Shown one piece after another: positions 1-10,710 of a DNA stretch of 64,000 nt. The stretch is from Rickettsiales bacterium (lineage in GTDB: Bacteria > Pseudomonadota > Alphaproteobacteria > Rickettsiales > BLZN01). A program made the position numbers and the translations under genes. Under the pieces are notes generated by a model that saw nothing but the letters and a program-made list of their open reading frames with translations, was not told the DNA's origin and ran no database searches. The stretch lies in NCBI GenBank assembly GCA_014132315.1, contig BLZN01000104.1:35623-99622 (forward strand), read 5' to 3'. Position 1 is the first letter of the stretch, and each line of letters starts with the position of its first letter.

Positions 1-1206
1 CTGAAAAAATCAAATCCAGTGAAGATATATGATATAGAACAAACCTTAGATTTATCATCTGTATATGAAATAGCCGGGGCATTGCAGGCAAAATTCGTCC
101 GAGGATATTCCTTGCCGGCAAAAACATATAAATGCTTTCAGGGGATAGACTCAAAGGATGTACTTCTGCATCATCCCTACCGAAGTTTTGGATATGTGCT
201 GAATTTTTTGCGTCAGGCAGCAGAAGACCCTGAAGTTATCTCGATAAAGCAAACCATATACAGAACAGAGAAAAACGCCATTGATGCCGCTGCATATGCG
301 GCGCAGCTGGGCAAAGAAGTTACGGTCATAATCGAATCAAGGGCCAGATTTGATGAGCTCAACAATATCAAACTAGCCGAATATCTGAGAAAAGCAGGAG
401 CAAAAGTGATACTCAACACCTCAGGAATCAAGATACACAGCAAGTTTTGCCTCATCACAAAAAAACACAAAAATTCTATAAAATATTATCTGCACTACTC
501 CACCGGCAACTATAACGCCATCACCGCTACTACATATCAAGACCTATCAGTGCTTACCGCCAACCAAGAACTGTGTCAGGATATAGAAAAAATATTTAGC
601 TATTTAACAAAAGAATCACAGACTTGCGAGCTGAATAAAATATATATATCTCCTTTTAACTTGCGTGATAAATTAATTAGCCTAATCGAGCAAGAAATAA
701 ACTATGCTAAATCTGGAATATCAGGCAGCATCTGGATAAAATGCAATGCAATCACAGATCGTAAAATAATTAATCTGCTATGCCAGGCATCGCAAAACGG
801 GGTCAAAATTCACGTGGTGGCGCGAGGAATATGCCTGCTGAAACCTAGCATGCCTGGCTTATCAGAAAATATTAAAATTAGGTCCATCATCGGCGATGTT
901 CTTGAGCATTCTAGGATATATTGCGTTGGCAACGGCAGCAAAATTCCTTCTGAGCAAACAAAAATATATATTTCCTCAGCTGATTTGATGGAACGAAACT
1001 TCGAGGAGCGCATAGAAACTTTGATACCCATCGAGGACAAAAAAATACATCACCATATATTGTATGAAATCATGGCGAGGAATATTTCATCAAGCAAAAA
1101 ATGCTGGGAGCTGAGCCAGGACGGTACGTACAGCAGACTATCCTGCATCGGCCAATCCATACATGAATATTTTTTTGCTAGATATAGAGAGCAAAAAATG
1201 CAATAA
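1..1206 (+). CDS. ppk: polyphosphate kinase 1, C-terminal ~400 aa (5' end lies upstream of the window)
   Basis: The reading frame is open from base 1; the listed ORF 19..1206 begins at an internal GTG. Both PLD-like C-terminal PPK1 domains are recognisable (IKIHSKFCLI..., VLEHSRIYCVGNG, SSADLMERN). Confidence 0.85.
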   Translation: MKKSNPVKIYDIEQTLDLSSVYEIAGALQAKFVRGYSLPAKTYKCFQGIDSKDVLLHHPYRSFGYVLNFLRQAAEDPEVISIKQTIYRTEKNAIDAAAYAAQLGKEVTVIIESRARFDELNNIKLAEYLRKAGAKVILNTSGIKIHSKFCLITKKHKNSIKYYLHYSTGNYNAITATTYQDLSVLTANQELCQDIEKIFSYLTKESQTCELNKIYISPFNLRDKLISLIEQEINYAKSGISGSIWIKCNAITDRKIINLLCQASQNGVKIHVVARGICLLKPSMPGLSENIKIRSIIGDVLEHSRIYCVGNGSKIPSEQTKIYISSADLMERNFEERIETLIPIEDKKIHHHILYEIMARNISSSKKCWELSQDGTYSRLSCIGQSIHEYFFARYREQKMQ

Positions 1207-1260
1207 AGAAATATTAAGATACTGTGTGATATCCTCCGATTAAGAAAATTTTGCAAGATC

Positions 1261-3819
1261 ATGCAAGCCTTGCTAAAAAAAATATTAATTATTCTAATAT
1301 CTATCGCTATAATTGGCGCAGCAGCTCTGTTTATTGCTCTGAGAACTATTGATCCAGCAAAATATACAGATGTAATCAACCAAGCGATAGAATCCAGCCT
1401 TGATGCAAAAATAGCCTCAGTCGGCCTAATACAAAAAAGCATTCTGCGCCCCAAAATTATCATAAATAGCGTTCAAATTAAATACGGCTCCATAGAAGGC
1501 AAGCCTGATGTTGGCAACACGGCAAATATTAAAAAAATAGAAATTATACCCAGAATAGGGAGTGGGTCAAAAATCAAAGAGATATTAATTTATGCACCGG
1601 ATTTTACTTTAAGCCAGCTCAAAAAAGCCCTATACGCACCAAAAGGGAAGATGCCAAAAATCTCTATAGCAGAAGGCAAGCTAAACATCGGAGATAAAAA
1701 ATCAAGACTTGCCATGACAATCTCCGAAATTAATCTCGTTTTGCATCTAGAGGAAAATCACTTAAAAGCAACCGGAAGTTTGGCCACAGGCCGGCAAATC
1801 TATCAGGTATCAAGCGGCTTCCAGACTGCCCAAGGTGTGGCTGAGCAAAAATTTGAGCTCAGCATCAGCTCGCCAGCAAGCAGCCTAAGTTTCAGCGGCT
1901 ATGTGCAAAACAAAAAAGATATAGAGGGGCAGGTGAATATAGAGGGACAGGATCTGCAGGAACTGATCAGCTCACTAGGCGCAACAGAGAAGATAACACA
2001 AGCAGAAAGCAGAAAGCAGCAAGAAAAATTTGAGCTGTATTTCAATATCAAAAACAGCGAAGAAATATTCAAAATAGAAGACTTGCATATCAACTCCACT
2101 GACATAGCTGGCAAAGGATTTATCTCCCAAACAAGCAAAGCAGGTCTGCATGTAGAGTTAGATCTAGATAAGCTAAACCTTGACAATATCGTAGTCCAAG
2201 ATAACTCACAGCACACAAAACATGTGCGAAATTTTGACTTGGAAATACCAGAAAACTTCGTTTCCTTGATACAAATCAACATCAAAGAGGCTATATTTAA
2301 GCAGCAATCGATCAAAGATATCGCGATAAAACTGAATACTCTGCAGGGAAAGCTCAACATATATCCACTGACAGCTACGCTGCCGGGAAACACAGAACTC
2401 GAGGTCAAGGGTCAGTTATCTCACAACAAAGTCAGACCCAAGCTAGAAGGTAAGCTTGAAATTTCTAGCAAAAACCTCGATGCACTTGCCAAGGCCTGGA
2501 CGTCTAAAAATCTCGGCAAAGAACTCAAGCTCAGCAGTAGTTTTGATATCACTACAGGCAATATTATACTCCGGGATATAAAAGCGGATATGGATGAGAC
2601 AACGCTAGCAGGTATGATAAAAATCAAAACCGGACCCTACGATAGATCTTTATCCGGCAAGCTGCATATAGATCGTCTGAAATATGATCATGATGCATTC
2701 ATATCAACATATCTGGAGTGGAAAAAACTAGAAGATCTGTCTTGGCTGCGCTCCATAAAATTAAATACTGATCTGCAAATTGACATTAATGAATTTATTC
2801 TAAAAGAAAAATTATTTAATAAAGCCATAATCGCTATAAACATACTGAATAGCGAAATAAGGATTAATCAGCTGGCGCTATACTCACCAGAAATTAACCT
2901 GCTGGGCAGGGCCATTATTTCTGCAAAAAGTGCTCGTCCCTATATTTCTATTGACCTTGAGTCCAACCAACTTAACTATGACTTACTCATTGTGCCAAGC
3001 AAGAAAAAAGATCCAGCCTGGTCTACTGAAGATTTTGAGCTATCTGCGCTTGAAAATTTTAATGGAGATTTATCAGTAAGGCTGGAAAATTTCACCAAAA
3101 ACAACATAAAATTTGATAAGATAATGCTGCAGGGCAAAATCAAAGACGATCTGCTGATCATCAACCAGCTGCAGGCAAATCTATATAACGGCACGCTCGA
3201 GGCACATGCAAACCTAGGGATCAGCACAAATCCATCCCTCAATGCAGTCTTTGCCATAAATAACTTACAGCTAGATGAAGTGCTAAAAAATAGTTTAGAT
3301 ATAAATCATATCACAGGTTACGGCAGCATGAATGGTAGCATAACAAGCCAGGGTAAAAGCATGTATGAGTGGGCTTCCAACGCCAGCGGAGAGCTTGATC
3401 TAGCCATGAGAGACATAAAAATTCAGAATTTTAATATCAGCTGGCTGGCAGACAACCTAATGCAAGCACAGAATTATTCTGAGTTAATCGGCATTGTGGA
3501 AACAGCGCTATACACGGGAGAAACCACGCTAAATAGCGCAGATGGAAAGGTAAGCCTTCAAGATGGCAAAGGTTCTCTGTCGCTCAAATTTAGAAATAAT
3601 AGGGTCACGGGCGCCGCCGCCGCTAATCTGGTCATGGCAAAGTTCATAATGAGCGGCGTCAGTAGATTTTTATTCATCCCCCTAGAGCACAAAAATAAAG
3701 AAGTGGTAGCAGCGGATCTGCGAATCAAAGGGCCAATATATAAATTAAATAGTAACTTTGACATAGAAAGTCTCAATCAATTCCTGTTCCTGGGTCAGAA
3801 TTCATTGTCTGCAAAATGA
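1261..3819 (+). CDS. AsmA-family outer-membrane biogenesis protein (N-terminal membrane anchor, long beta-rich periplasmic body)
   Basis: 852 aa. N-terminal TM helix (ILIILISIAIIGAAALFIAL). Size and repetitive beta-rich composition are typical of AsmA/TamB-like proteins. It overlaps the next gene by 4 nt (operon). Confidence 0.5.
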   Translation: MQALLKKILIILISIAIIGAAALFIALRTIDPAKYTDVINQAIESSLDAKIASVGLIQKSILRPKIIINSVQIKYGSIEGKPDVGNTANIKKIEIIPRIGSGSKIKEILIYAPDFTLSQLKKALYAPKGKMPKISIAEGKLNIGDKKSRLAMTISEINLVLHLEENHLKATGSLATGRQIYQVSSGFQTAQGVAEQKFELSISSPASSLSFSGYVQNKKDIEGQVNIEGQDLQELISSLGATEKITQAESRKQQEKFELYFNIKNSEEIFKIEDLHINSTDIAGKGFISQTSKAGLHVELDLDKLNLDNIVVQDNSQHTKHVRNFDLEIPENFVSLIQINIKEAIFKQQSIKDIAIKLNTLQGKLNIYPLTATLPGNTELEVKGQLSHNKVRPKLEGKLEISSKNLDALAKAWTSKNLGKELKLSSSFDITTGNIILRDIKADMDETTLAGMIKIKTGPYDRSLSGKLHIDRLKYDHDAFISTYLEWKKLEDLSWLRSIKLNTDLQIDINEFILKEKLFNKAIIAINILNSEIRINQLALYSPEINLLGRAIISAKSARPYISIDLESNQLNYDLLIVPSKKKDPAWSTEDFELSALENFNGDLSVRLENFTKNNIKFDKIMLQGKIKDDLLIINQLQANLYNGTLEAHANLGISTNPSLNAVFAINNLQLDEVLKNSLDINHITGYGSMNGSITSQGKSMYEWASNASGELDLAMRDIKIQNFNISWLADNLMQAQNYSELIGIVETALYTGETTLNSADGKVSLQDGKGSLSLKFRNNRVTGAAAANLVMAKFIMSGVSRFLFIPLEHKNKEVVAADLRIKGPIYKLNSNFDIESLNQFLFLGQNSLSAK

Positions 3820-4622
3820 AATATTTGATTTTAATTATACTAATTCTTAATTTCTTTAATTGCGAGGCTGCATCCAAAAACTTTAGGACTGTTGCAGTAG
3901 TTGAAGATCAATTGATCTCATCCAAGGATCTGGAGGATAGGATCAAGCTCATGTCCCTATTCCAAAGCCAAAAACTCAGCCAAAAAGATGTGCTTGAGAT
4001 ATTGATAGATGAAATTTTGATCACCAAAGCAGCAGCAAAATCATCAATTGTCATAAATGAAGCAGAAATAGCAGGCTACCTGGAATATATCGCCAAACAA
4101 ACCAATATAGAAGATCTGGAGCAGCATGCAAATTCACATGGCATCAGCAGCGAGCATATGGCAAGGCCAATCCAAGCACAGTTTTTATGGCAGAAAATCA
4201 TCGAACAAACCATAATGCCAACAATCCGCATTAGTGACAAAGAAGTACAGCTGCTAGATGAGGCTAGATTAAATTTTAAATATATATCCATAGAAGACAC
4301 GCAGGAAATGCAAGCTCTGGAATTGGCAAAATCATGCGAGGAGATGGAACAAATCATTAAAGAATTAAATCTAGCGGCACCAACTTCATTCGAAAATGCA
4401 AAAACAGGCGAGCTCAATAAAGAACTACGAAGCACCCTAAAAAATATAGATGTCAACCAGATCGGCACACTCCGGAATGAAAAAGGCTCATATCTATTAA
4501 TGAAATGCCCCTCAAAATATGAAGTACTGAGAAATGAGCTATTCCAACAAAAACTCGCATATTATACACAGAGCTATTTACGCAAACTAAGAAAAGAATA
4601 TTTTATCAGCATCAAACAATGA
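3816..4622 (+). CDS. SurA N-terminal-domain-like periplasmic chaperone (no obvious PPIase domain)
   Basis: 268 aa with a signal peptide (MKYLILIILILNFFNCEA). Helical SurA_N-like region (VAVVEDQLISSKDLEDRI...). 4-nt overlaps with both neighbours. Confidence 0.5.
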   Translation: MKYLILIILILNFFNCEAASKNFRTVAVVEDQLISSKDLEDRIKLMSLFQSQKLSQKDVLEILIDEILITKAAAKSSIVINEAEIAGYLEYIAKQTNIEDLEQHANSHGISSEHMARPIQAQFLWQKIIEQTIMPTIRISDKEVQLLDEARLNFKYISIEDTQEMQALELAKSCEEMEQIIKELNLAAPTSFENAKTGELNKELRSTLKNIDVNQIGTLRNEKGSYLLMKCPSKYEVLRNELFQQKLAYYTQSYLRKLRKEYFISIKQ

Positions 4623-6106
4623 AACATGACAAAATTAGGGACCTGGGCATTGCCCTAGCGCAGCTAAATCTAGTGTCACCAAACTATAATAAAATCAATT
4701 ATGAATATCAATATGCAGTAAAAAGGAAAATAGATCTCTTGATTTTGCCTGACTCGACTTTCTCCAACAAACAAGACATAGAAGCTTTTGCTGCAAAGAC
4801 CGCAAGCCAAAGAACTGCAACCATAGCAGGGGGCCGTGGAAAAATCTTGGTAATATATCAGGGCACAACACAAGAAAAAGAGTTTGCTCAGCAGCATCGA
4901 TATATATCAGCTGAGATTAATAATTTAAGATTGCTAATTTTAGCAGACATACTGCAAACAGAAATCTGCGGCGCAGAGAGAAAATATGATTTTGTAATCT
5001 CACTACAAAATATACCTCACATAAAAGCAAGTAGCGCGGTTAAGCTAAAAGCAGCGCAGGAGATATCAAGGAAGCTAAAAACCCCCCTGATACATCTCAA
5101 CAAATTGGACATTCAGGAAGAGCTGATCTTTGGCGGTCATTCCTTCATAATTTCAGGAGCAGGCAAACTGGTTGCAGACATATCAGAGTGGCAGGAAAAA
5201 ACCATTAATACCAAATGGCAATATCAGGAAAACAAATATGAGCTTATCAGTGAAGTCAGCCTCTCCAAGCCCTATTCCAAAGAAGAATCTGTCTATCAAG
5301 CACTGATGATGGGGCTCAGAAGCTATGCCAAAAAGCATGGCTTTAAGTCTGCAGTGTTGGGCCTCTCAGGGGGCATAGATTCTGCCTTGACCTTAGCTGT
5401 TGCCGCTGATGCAATCGGCAAGGACAGGGTTTATGCGGTTCTTATGCCCTCGCTTTATACCAAGGAATCTAGCATCCAGGATGCAAAAAAATATGCCGAG
5501 AATCTGGAGATAGAGCACAGCATCGTTCCAATAGATAAAATTTTTAGTAGCACCAAGGAGAGCCTCGGATCTATATTCGCCGACATGCCAGAGGACATAA
5601 CAGAGGAGAATATGCAGGCCCGCATCAGGGGGATGATCTTGATGTCAATCAGCAATAAATTTGGCCATCTTATGCTCTGCACGGGCAATAAATCAGAGAT
5701 CGCAGTGGGCTACTGCACCTTATATGGCGACACTTGCGGAGGATATGCCCCGATTGCCGACCTATATAAAACAGAAGTATATAAGCTCAGCAATTGGCGT
5801 AACCAAAATGTACCTTTCAGCGGGCTCATCAACCAAACCGACATTATTCCTGAGAGCATTATCAGCAGAGCACCCTCAGCAGAACTCAAGCCAAACCAGC
5901 AAGACCAAGACGATCTTCCGCCTTACTCAGAACTGGATAAAATTCTACAAAGCTTGATAGAGGAGCAAAAAGCACCGGACAAACTACCAAACTATGATAA
6001 GATAACAGTAGCAAAAATTGTTAGTTTATGGGAAAAAGCAGCATTTAAACGCCATCAGCTCCCTCCTACTATCAAAATACCCAAAATATTGATGAGCAAA
6101 AAATAA
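4619..6106 (+). CDS. nadE: NAD+ synthase with a degenerate N-terminal CN-hydrolase (glutaminase-like) domain
   Basis: PP-loop ATP pyrophosphatase motif LGLSGGIDSALT and the NadE C-terminal region (GNKSEIAVGYCTLYGD, APSAELKPNQ.DQD.LPPY). The N-terminal ~210 aa align to the nitrilase-like domain, but the catalytic positions look substituted. Confidence 0.85.
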   Translation: MKHDKIRDLGIALAQLNLVSPNYNKINYEYQYAVKRKIDLLILPDSTFSNKQDIEAFAAKTASQRTATIAGGRGKILVIYQGTTQEKEFAQQHRYISAEINNLRLLILADILQTEICGAERKYDFVISLQNIPHIKASSAVKLKAAQEISRKLKTPLIHLNKLDIQEELIFGGHSFIISGAGKLVADISEWQEKTINTKWQYQENKYELISEVSLSKPYSKEESVYQALMMGLRSYAKKHGFKSAVLGLSGGIDSALTLAVAADAIGKDRVYAVLMPSLYTKESSIQDAKKYAENLEIEHSIVPIDKIFSSTKESLGSIFADMPEDITEENMQARIRGMILMSISNKFGHLMLCTGNKSEIAVGYCTLYGDTCGGYAPIADLYKTEVYKLSNWRNQNVPFSGLINQTDIIPESIISRAPSAELKPNQQDQDDLPPYSELDKILQSLIEEQKAPDKLPNYDKITVAKIVSLWEKAAFKRHQLPPTIKIPKILMSKK

Positions 6107-6192
6107 GCCAGCTGAATCAAAGTGGCTAAGTGTTGTATAAGGCAAAAAAATACTGTATTATTTGGCACAGGTTTAACTAAAGGCTAGACAAA

Positions 6193-7095
6193 ATGAAGAT
6201 AGCTAAAATTTTTATTCTCTTGTTAGCAATCGTGCCCCTTGAATGCTACTGCATGCCTAGCTTCATGAAGCCGAAAGAACAAGTAGTAATCAGAGATGCT
6301 TTCTGTAGAGAATTATCAGAGAATTACTCAAGATATGCGAAAGAAAGAGCAGCAGAATATGACTGGAAAAGTGCTAAGCATTTCGCTAGAAAGAGTTTAT
6401 ATGCAGCTTTGGGCAGACCAGTGGCATTAGAAACTTTCCATAGTTGTACGGCTTGTACATCCTATTCTTGTTATCCAATTTCTTTTCTTACAGCAGAAAT
6501 AAGAGAAATCAAAAAGATTGTAGAAGATTGTCTGCTTACTAAGCACGCCAAAGAAGTTTACCCCAAGTTAGCCGCTGACGTACAGCTTTTCTATGATTGC
6601 TGGATATCGCAGAGGGCAAAACGCTATGCTGCCGAGGCTGTATCAAAATGTCGCGCGGAATTTTATAAGTCAGCAGCCAAGCTGGCACAGAAGACAGGGC
6701 AGGAGCTGCCCTCTATAACTGCAAGAACTCCGGGTGTTTTCTTTGCCGCAGTGGCCGTTCCTTTCGAAAACGCAAGTAGCACCTTAAGCGAAGCCGCTAA
6801 AAAAGTCATTCATAATCTGCTGGATAAAATAGATGCAATCGCAGAAAACAAGCACTACAAGATAGCACTAATAGGGCATGCCGACGAAGAAATGGAGACA
6901 GATCGCGACCAAGAAATCTCAGAAGAAAGGGTGCATGAGGTAAAGAAATATCTAATAAGCAAAGGCGTCAGCGCAGAGAGAATAATCGCTACCGAGATGG
7001 GCAACAGCATACCACTTACATGGCATAAAGAAGGGCGACATAAAAACCGTCGTTTGGAGATATTTGTCGTCACGGGACAAGAAGATCAAAGTTAG
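6193..7095 (+). CDS. OmpA-family (peptidoglycan-associated) protein
   Basis: Signal peptide, then a C-terminal OmpA-like domain (ALIGHADEE...EISEERVHEVKKYLISKGVSAERI...NRRLEIFV). Confidence 0.75.
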   Translation: MKIAKIFILLLAIVPLECYCMPSFMKPKEQVVIRDAFCRELSENYSRYAKERAAEYDWKSAKHFARKSLYAALGRPVALETFHSCTACTSYSCYPISFLTAEIREIKKIVEDCLLTKHAKEVYPKLAADVQLFYDCWISQRAKRYAAEAVSKCRAEFYKSAAKLAQKTGQELPSITARTPGVFFAAVAVPFENASSTLSEAAKKVIHNLLDKIDAIAENKHYKIALIGHADEEMETDRDQEISEERVHEVKKYLISKGVSAERIIATEMGNSIPLTWHKEGRHKNRRLEIFVVTGQEDQS

Positions 7096-8072
7096 TGTCT
7101 ATATCTTCTATATTAGTTCTAGGGGCAGGAGCTTGGGGCACAGCGCTTGCCTCTCTAGCTGCCCCTAATGTTAATAATGTTAGGCTGTGGTCCCGCAATC
7201 AAAAAATTATAAAATCCATAGCAGAGCAAAAAGAGAATAGCTTTTATCTTCCGGCAATCAAATTGGCAGAAAACATATTGCCAACAAGGCATCTGCAAGG
7301 ACTTAGCTCTAATCAGGCTATTATTCTGGCCGTTCCTAGCCATGCGGTTAGGGAGATATGCCAAAAGCTTTCGGGGCTGGGCCTCGATGAAGAAATTCCG
7401 ATCATAATCTGCAGTAAAGGCATGGAGGCCGGCACGGGGCTGATGATGAGCGAGGTTGTGAGCTCTCTGCTGCAGAATCCAATCGCAGTTCTGTCTGGGC
7501 CTAACTTTGCCAAAGAAGTGGCACTAGGTCTTCCCGGCGGCGCTAGCTTGGCCTGCAAAGACAACAAAATAGCAGAAAATTTGCGCAAGATCTTAAGCAG
7601 CAAAAATTTCATCACCAACATAAATCATGATATTATCGGCACGCAAGCAGCAGGTATAATCAAAAATATCACCGCAATTGCCTGCGGAGCGAGCATAAAT
7701 CTGGGACAAAACGCTCGAGCTTTTATCATAACCCTGGGGTTCAAGGAAATGAACATGCTTTGCAAGGCTTTGGGCGGCAAAACAGAGACCCTGAATGAAA
7801 GCTGCGGTATAGGAGACCTGATTTTAACATGCACCTCCGAAATATCTCGCAACATGTCGCTGGGACTTGAGCTCAGCAAGGGGCAGGGACTAGCAAGAGA
7901 TGTAAAAATGCCTGAGGGTTTTTATGCAGCAGAAGCATTGCATAAACTTTCGCAAAAGCTGGGCATATATCTGCCTTTGTGTGAGGCGGTGTATCGTCTA
8001 ATATTCTGCGGCGAGACAGCCGAAGAAGCAATCTTGGGCTTATTTACAGAACAGATGCATACAACAAGCTAA
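7095..8072 (+). CDS. gpsA: NAD(P)H-dependent glycerol-3-phosphate dehydrogenase
   Basis: Rossmann motif VLGAGAWGTALA and GpsA-typical SGPNFAKEVA. GTG start overlaps the upstream stop by 1 nt. Confidence 0.9.
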   Translation: MSISSILVLGAGAWGTALASLAAPNVNNVRLWSRNQKIIKSIAEQKENSFYLPAIKLAENILPTRHLQGLSSNQAIILAVPSHAVREICQKLSGLGLDEEIPIIICSKGMEAGTGLMMSEVVSSLLQNPIAVLSGPNFAKEVALGLPGGASLACKDNKIAENLRKILSSKNFITNINHDIIGTQAAGIIKNITAIACGASINLGQNARAFIITLGFKEMNMLCKALGGKTETLNESCGIGDLILTCTSEISRNMSLGLELSKGQGLARDVKMPEGFYAAEALHKLSQKLGIYLPLCEAVYRLIFCGETAEEAILGLFTEQMHTTS

Positions 8073-8283
8073 ATTATCTATTTTTTATCAGCGTAAATTT
8101 TAAGTTAACATATTAGTCATAGTAACTGACAAATATAGCTATTTTGTTTAGTATATTAATTATTAGCAATAACTCAAAAACTATCAGTAAAATTTAATAA
8201 AATAAAAGTTCATCCCAGAAAAAGCGCAACGGCATATTAAACAATAATACTAAGATATTCATCAATTTAGCTAGTAAAAAGAC

Positions 8284-8604
8284 TTATTTAGAATAAAATA
8301 TAAATTCAGTTTGCAAATCCTCAGTGGTTCCGTGCCATAGCCCCAAGATAAAAGCATATGCCGCATAATTTGAGAGAAGAATAGAAGATAATATAAATCT
8401 TATCAAATCTATAAAACGCAAAACAATATTAATGAATAAAAATGAAGCTAAACAAATAGATAATAAGAAGAGCAATTTAGGTAAAATACTAGCAATAATG
8501 CATATATATAAAGCAAAAGAGCGGGCTATATCTAAGGTCTTCAAGGTGCTAGCCATAAATCCATGGTGTCGGCATATGATGTTTTCCCACCAAGAGCTCA
8601 GCAA
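8284..8604 (-). pseudogene. possible relic of a polytopic membrane-protein gene
   Basis: The 106-aa ORF is very hydrophobic. A further hydrophobic fragment (MFIPYVGMLIYYCLASGVIFIKLLSI*) sits just upstream on the same strand near 8640-8720. There is no intact long ORF in the 8073-9020 gap. Confidence 0.3.
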
Positions 8605-9020
8605 AAACTTTTAGTATGCTGCGCTGCTTAGCAATGTTATCAAATGGATAATAATTTAATAAAGATAACTCCACTGGCCAAGCAATAATATATTAGCATG
8701 CCGACATAAGGTATAAACATAGCTTGCGACAGCTTCTCAAAATAAATCCGAGCTTTCTCAGCTACAGCGCAGCAAAACACAGCTGCGTAGCTCCGGACAC
8801 AACCTCAGGCAAGAGTCGCCCACTCCAAGAAATTATTCCTAAGCAAATGAGGCAATTCCGGTTATTGATCAAGGCGCCTTAAAGAATCATATAGCAAATG
8901 AATCATCAGATAACAAACAACAGCAAGAGGGACATGAAGATTTGACAATTAAAGCTCGGAAGCAGGACAAAATGGATAGATGCGGAAAATTGGTGATTAG
9001 AATAAATCAAGACAGCATGT

Positions 9021-10004
9021 TTAGCGCTCCGCAGCAAAGGAGCAAAACATTAATTTATCCGAGACATCAGCTATATTAAGCACAGAGAATTGAGCGGCGT
9101 TCGCGACTTTAGCTAGATAAGCCGTAGAATAAGAAAACTTATCTCGATAGGGCATGAATTGCAGATATCCCTGGGCTTTGCTGACAAAAAACACTAGGAT
9201 TCCCTGTGGTCTCAATGCCTCATGACACAAACGCAGAATCCGCTCGGACAGGCCTAGATAGCCAAATGCACCCTTTGAAACAATGATATCATATTGAATC
9301 TTGCGATTTTGCAAAAATTCACCAATCTCAGCCTGGGATAGATTATTATACACCAGCTCACCTTCGATCTTTAGGTTGCCTGCCCGTTTTACCATGCCCG
9401 CAGATATATCCACCCCCTCGAGATAGCAATGGGCGATATACTGTCGCAGAGCTTTGCCCAAAACACCCGGGCCACACCCCAACTCCAGCACACTCAGGGG
9501 CGAATTATTAAAATAAGGCTTGATAGAATTTAGCAAGAGATTTTGCGACTTTTCGTCAAAGACCTCATCCTTTGGATCCGAAAAATCAAACCGCTCCGCA
9601 ACCAAAGTGCTGGGTACAGAGCTTATCGAAGTCGGATCATCGATCTTTTGCAAAAAATATTTACTTTCAGCCAGGCCATCTTTTGCTGCAAGGGATTTCC
9701 GCAGATACTTGGCAGCTTTTCCCTCCCTTCCCAACATGTAATAGCAGCGCCCCAGATTATAATTGGTCCTGGCAGCACTGGACCTGAACCAAGAAAGCAG
9801 AACAAATCTCATCGCTGCATCGTTAAAATGACCACCATAATAGTGATGCAAACCCAGATTCATATTGGTCTCTGGTAGATTTTTGGCCTTTTGAGCAGCC
9901 TCTTTGAGAAAAACTAAAGACTTGCTCCATGTGTTTTTGAGAAAATCCCCAAAGTCCACGAAAGAACCAGAAATATTCCTTGCTTTTCTTTTAAGAAACA
10001 TCAC
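9021..10004 (-). CDS. TPR-repeat / class I SAM-dependent methyltransferase fusion protein
   Basis: N-terminal TPR-like helices (NLGLHHYYGGHFNDAAMRF...NYNLGRCYYMLGREGKAAKYLRKSL). C-terminal SAM-binding motif I VLELGCGPGVLG. Confidence 0.7.
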   Translation of the reverse strand: MMFLKRKARNISGSFVDFGDFLKNTWSKSLVFLKEAAQKAKNLPETNMNLGLHHYYGGHFNDAAMRFVLLSWFRSSAARTNYNLGRCYYMLGREGKAAKYLRKSLAAKDGLAESKYFLQKIDDPTSISSVPSTLVAERFDFSDPKDEVFDEKSQNLLLNSIKPYFNNSPLSVLELGCGPGVLGKALRQYIAHCYLEGVDISAGMVKRAGNLKIEGELVYNNLSQAEIGEFLQNRKIQYDIIVSKGAFGYLGLSERILRLCHEALRPQGILVFFVSKAQGYLQFMPYRDKFSYSTAYLAKVANAAQFSVLNIADVSDKLMFCSFAAER

Positions 10005-10080
10005 GGTTATTTATAAGTACTAAACATATAAAGCACTAAAACATAGTGCCATAAAGCTAATAAAACGTTAAGACAGACCT

Positions 10081-10710
10081 TCATTCAGATTTGAACATAT
10101 TTTCCACAAAATCCCACAAGCCCTGCTGCCTGGTGCGCCGTGCGCGCTCAGCATGCAGAATGCTGAGTACGCTGTCTAAGGTCTCATCTATGTTATTATT
10201 AACAATTACATAATCGTATCCATACCAGTGGCTGATCTCGTGCTTTGCTCTGCGCATTCTCTCGTCTATAACCTCCTGACTATCAAGCCCCCTTGTCAAA
10301 AGACGCTCCCTGAGCGCAGCTAAAGAAGGCGGCAGCATAAAAACACTCACAACGTCGCTCCTGGCATTCTGAATCAGCTGTATATTGCCCTGCCAGTCAA
10401 TATCGAGCAGAATATCCCTGCCATTCTCCAGTTTTTGCTCCACAGAAGCCCTCAAAGTGCCATAATAATTGCCAAAAACTTTCGCATGCTCAAGAAATTC
10501 ATTGTTAGATCTGCTTTGCTTAAACTCCTCAGGCGTCATAAAAAAATAGTCTTTGCCGTGGATCTCCCCATCACGAGGAGGACGCGTGGTTGCAGAAACA
10601 GAAACCACGATGCCGCTATCTTGCTGCATCAGCAGCTTCGAGACAGTGGTCTTGCCAGCTCCAGAGGGAGAAGACAAAACTAAAATAAAGCCTCTACGTC
10701 TATTATCCAT
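10081..10710 (-). CDS. gmk: guanylate kinase
   Basis: P-loop SSPSGAGKTT and TTRPPRDGE..G.DYFF, typical of Gmk. Confidence 0.92.
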   Translation of the reverse strand: MDNRRRGFILVLSSPSGAGKTTVSKLLMQQDSGIVVSVSATTRPPRDGEIHGKDYFFMTPEEFKQSRSNNEFLEHAKVFGNYYGTLRASVEQKLENGRDILLDIDWQGNIQLIQNARSDVVSVFMLPPSLAALRERLLTRGLDSQEVIDERMRRAKHEISHWYGYDYVIVNNNIDETLDSVLSILHAERARRTRQQGLWDFVENMFKSE

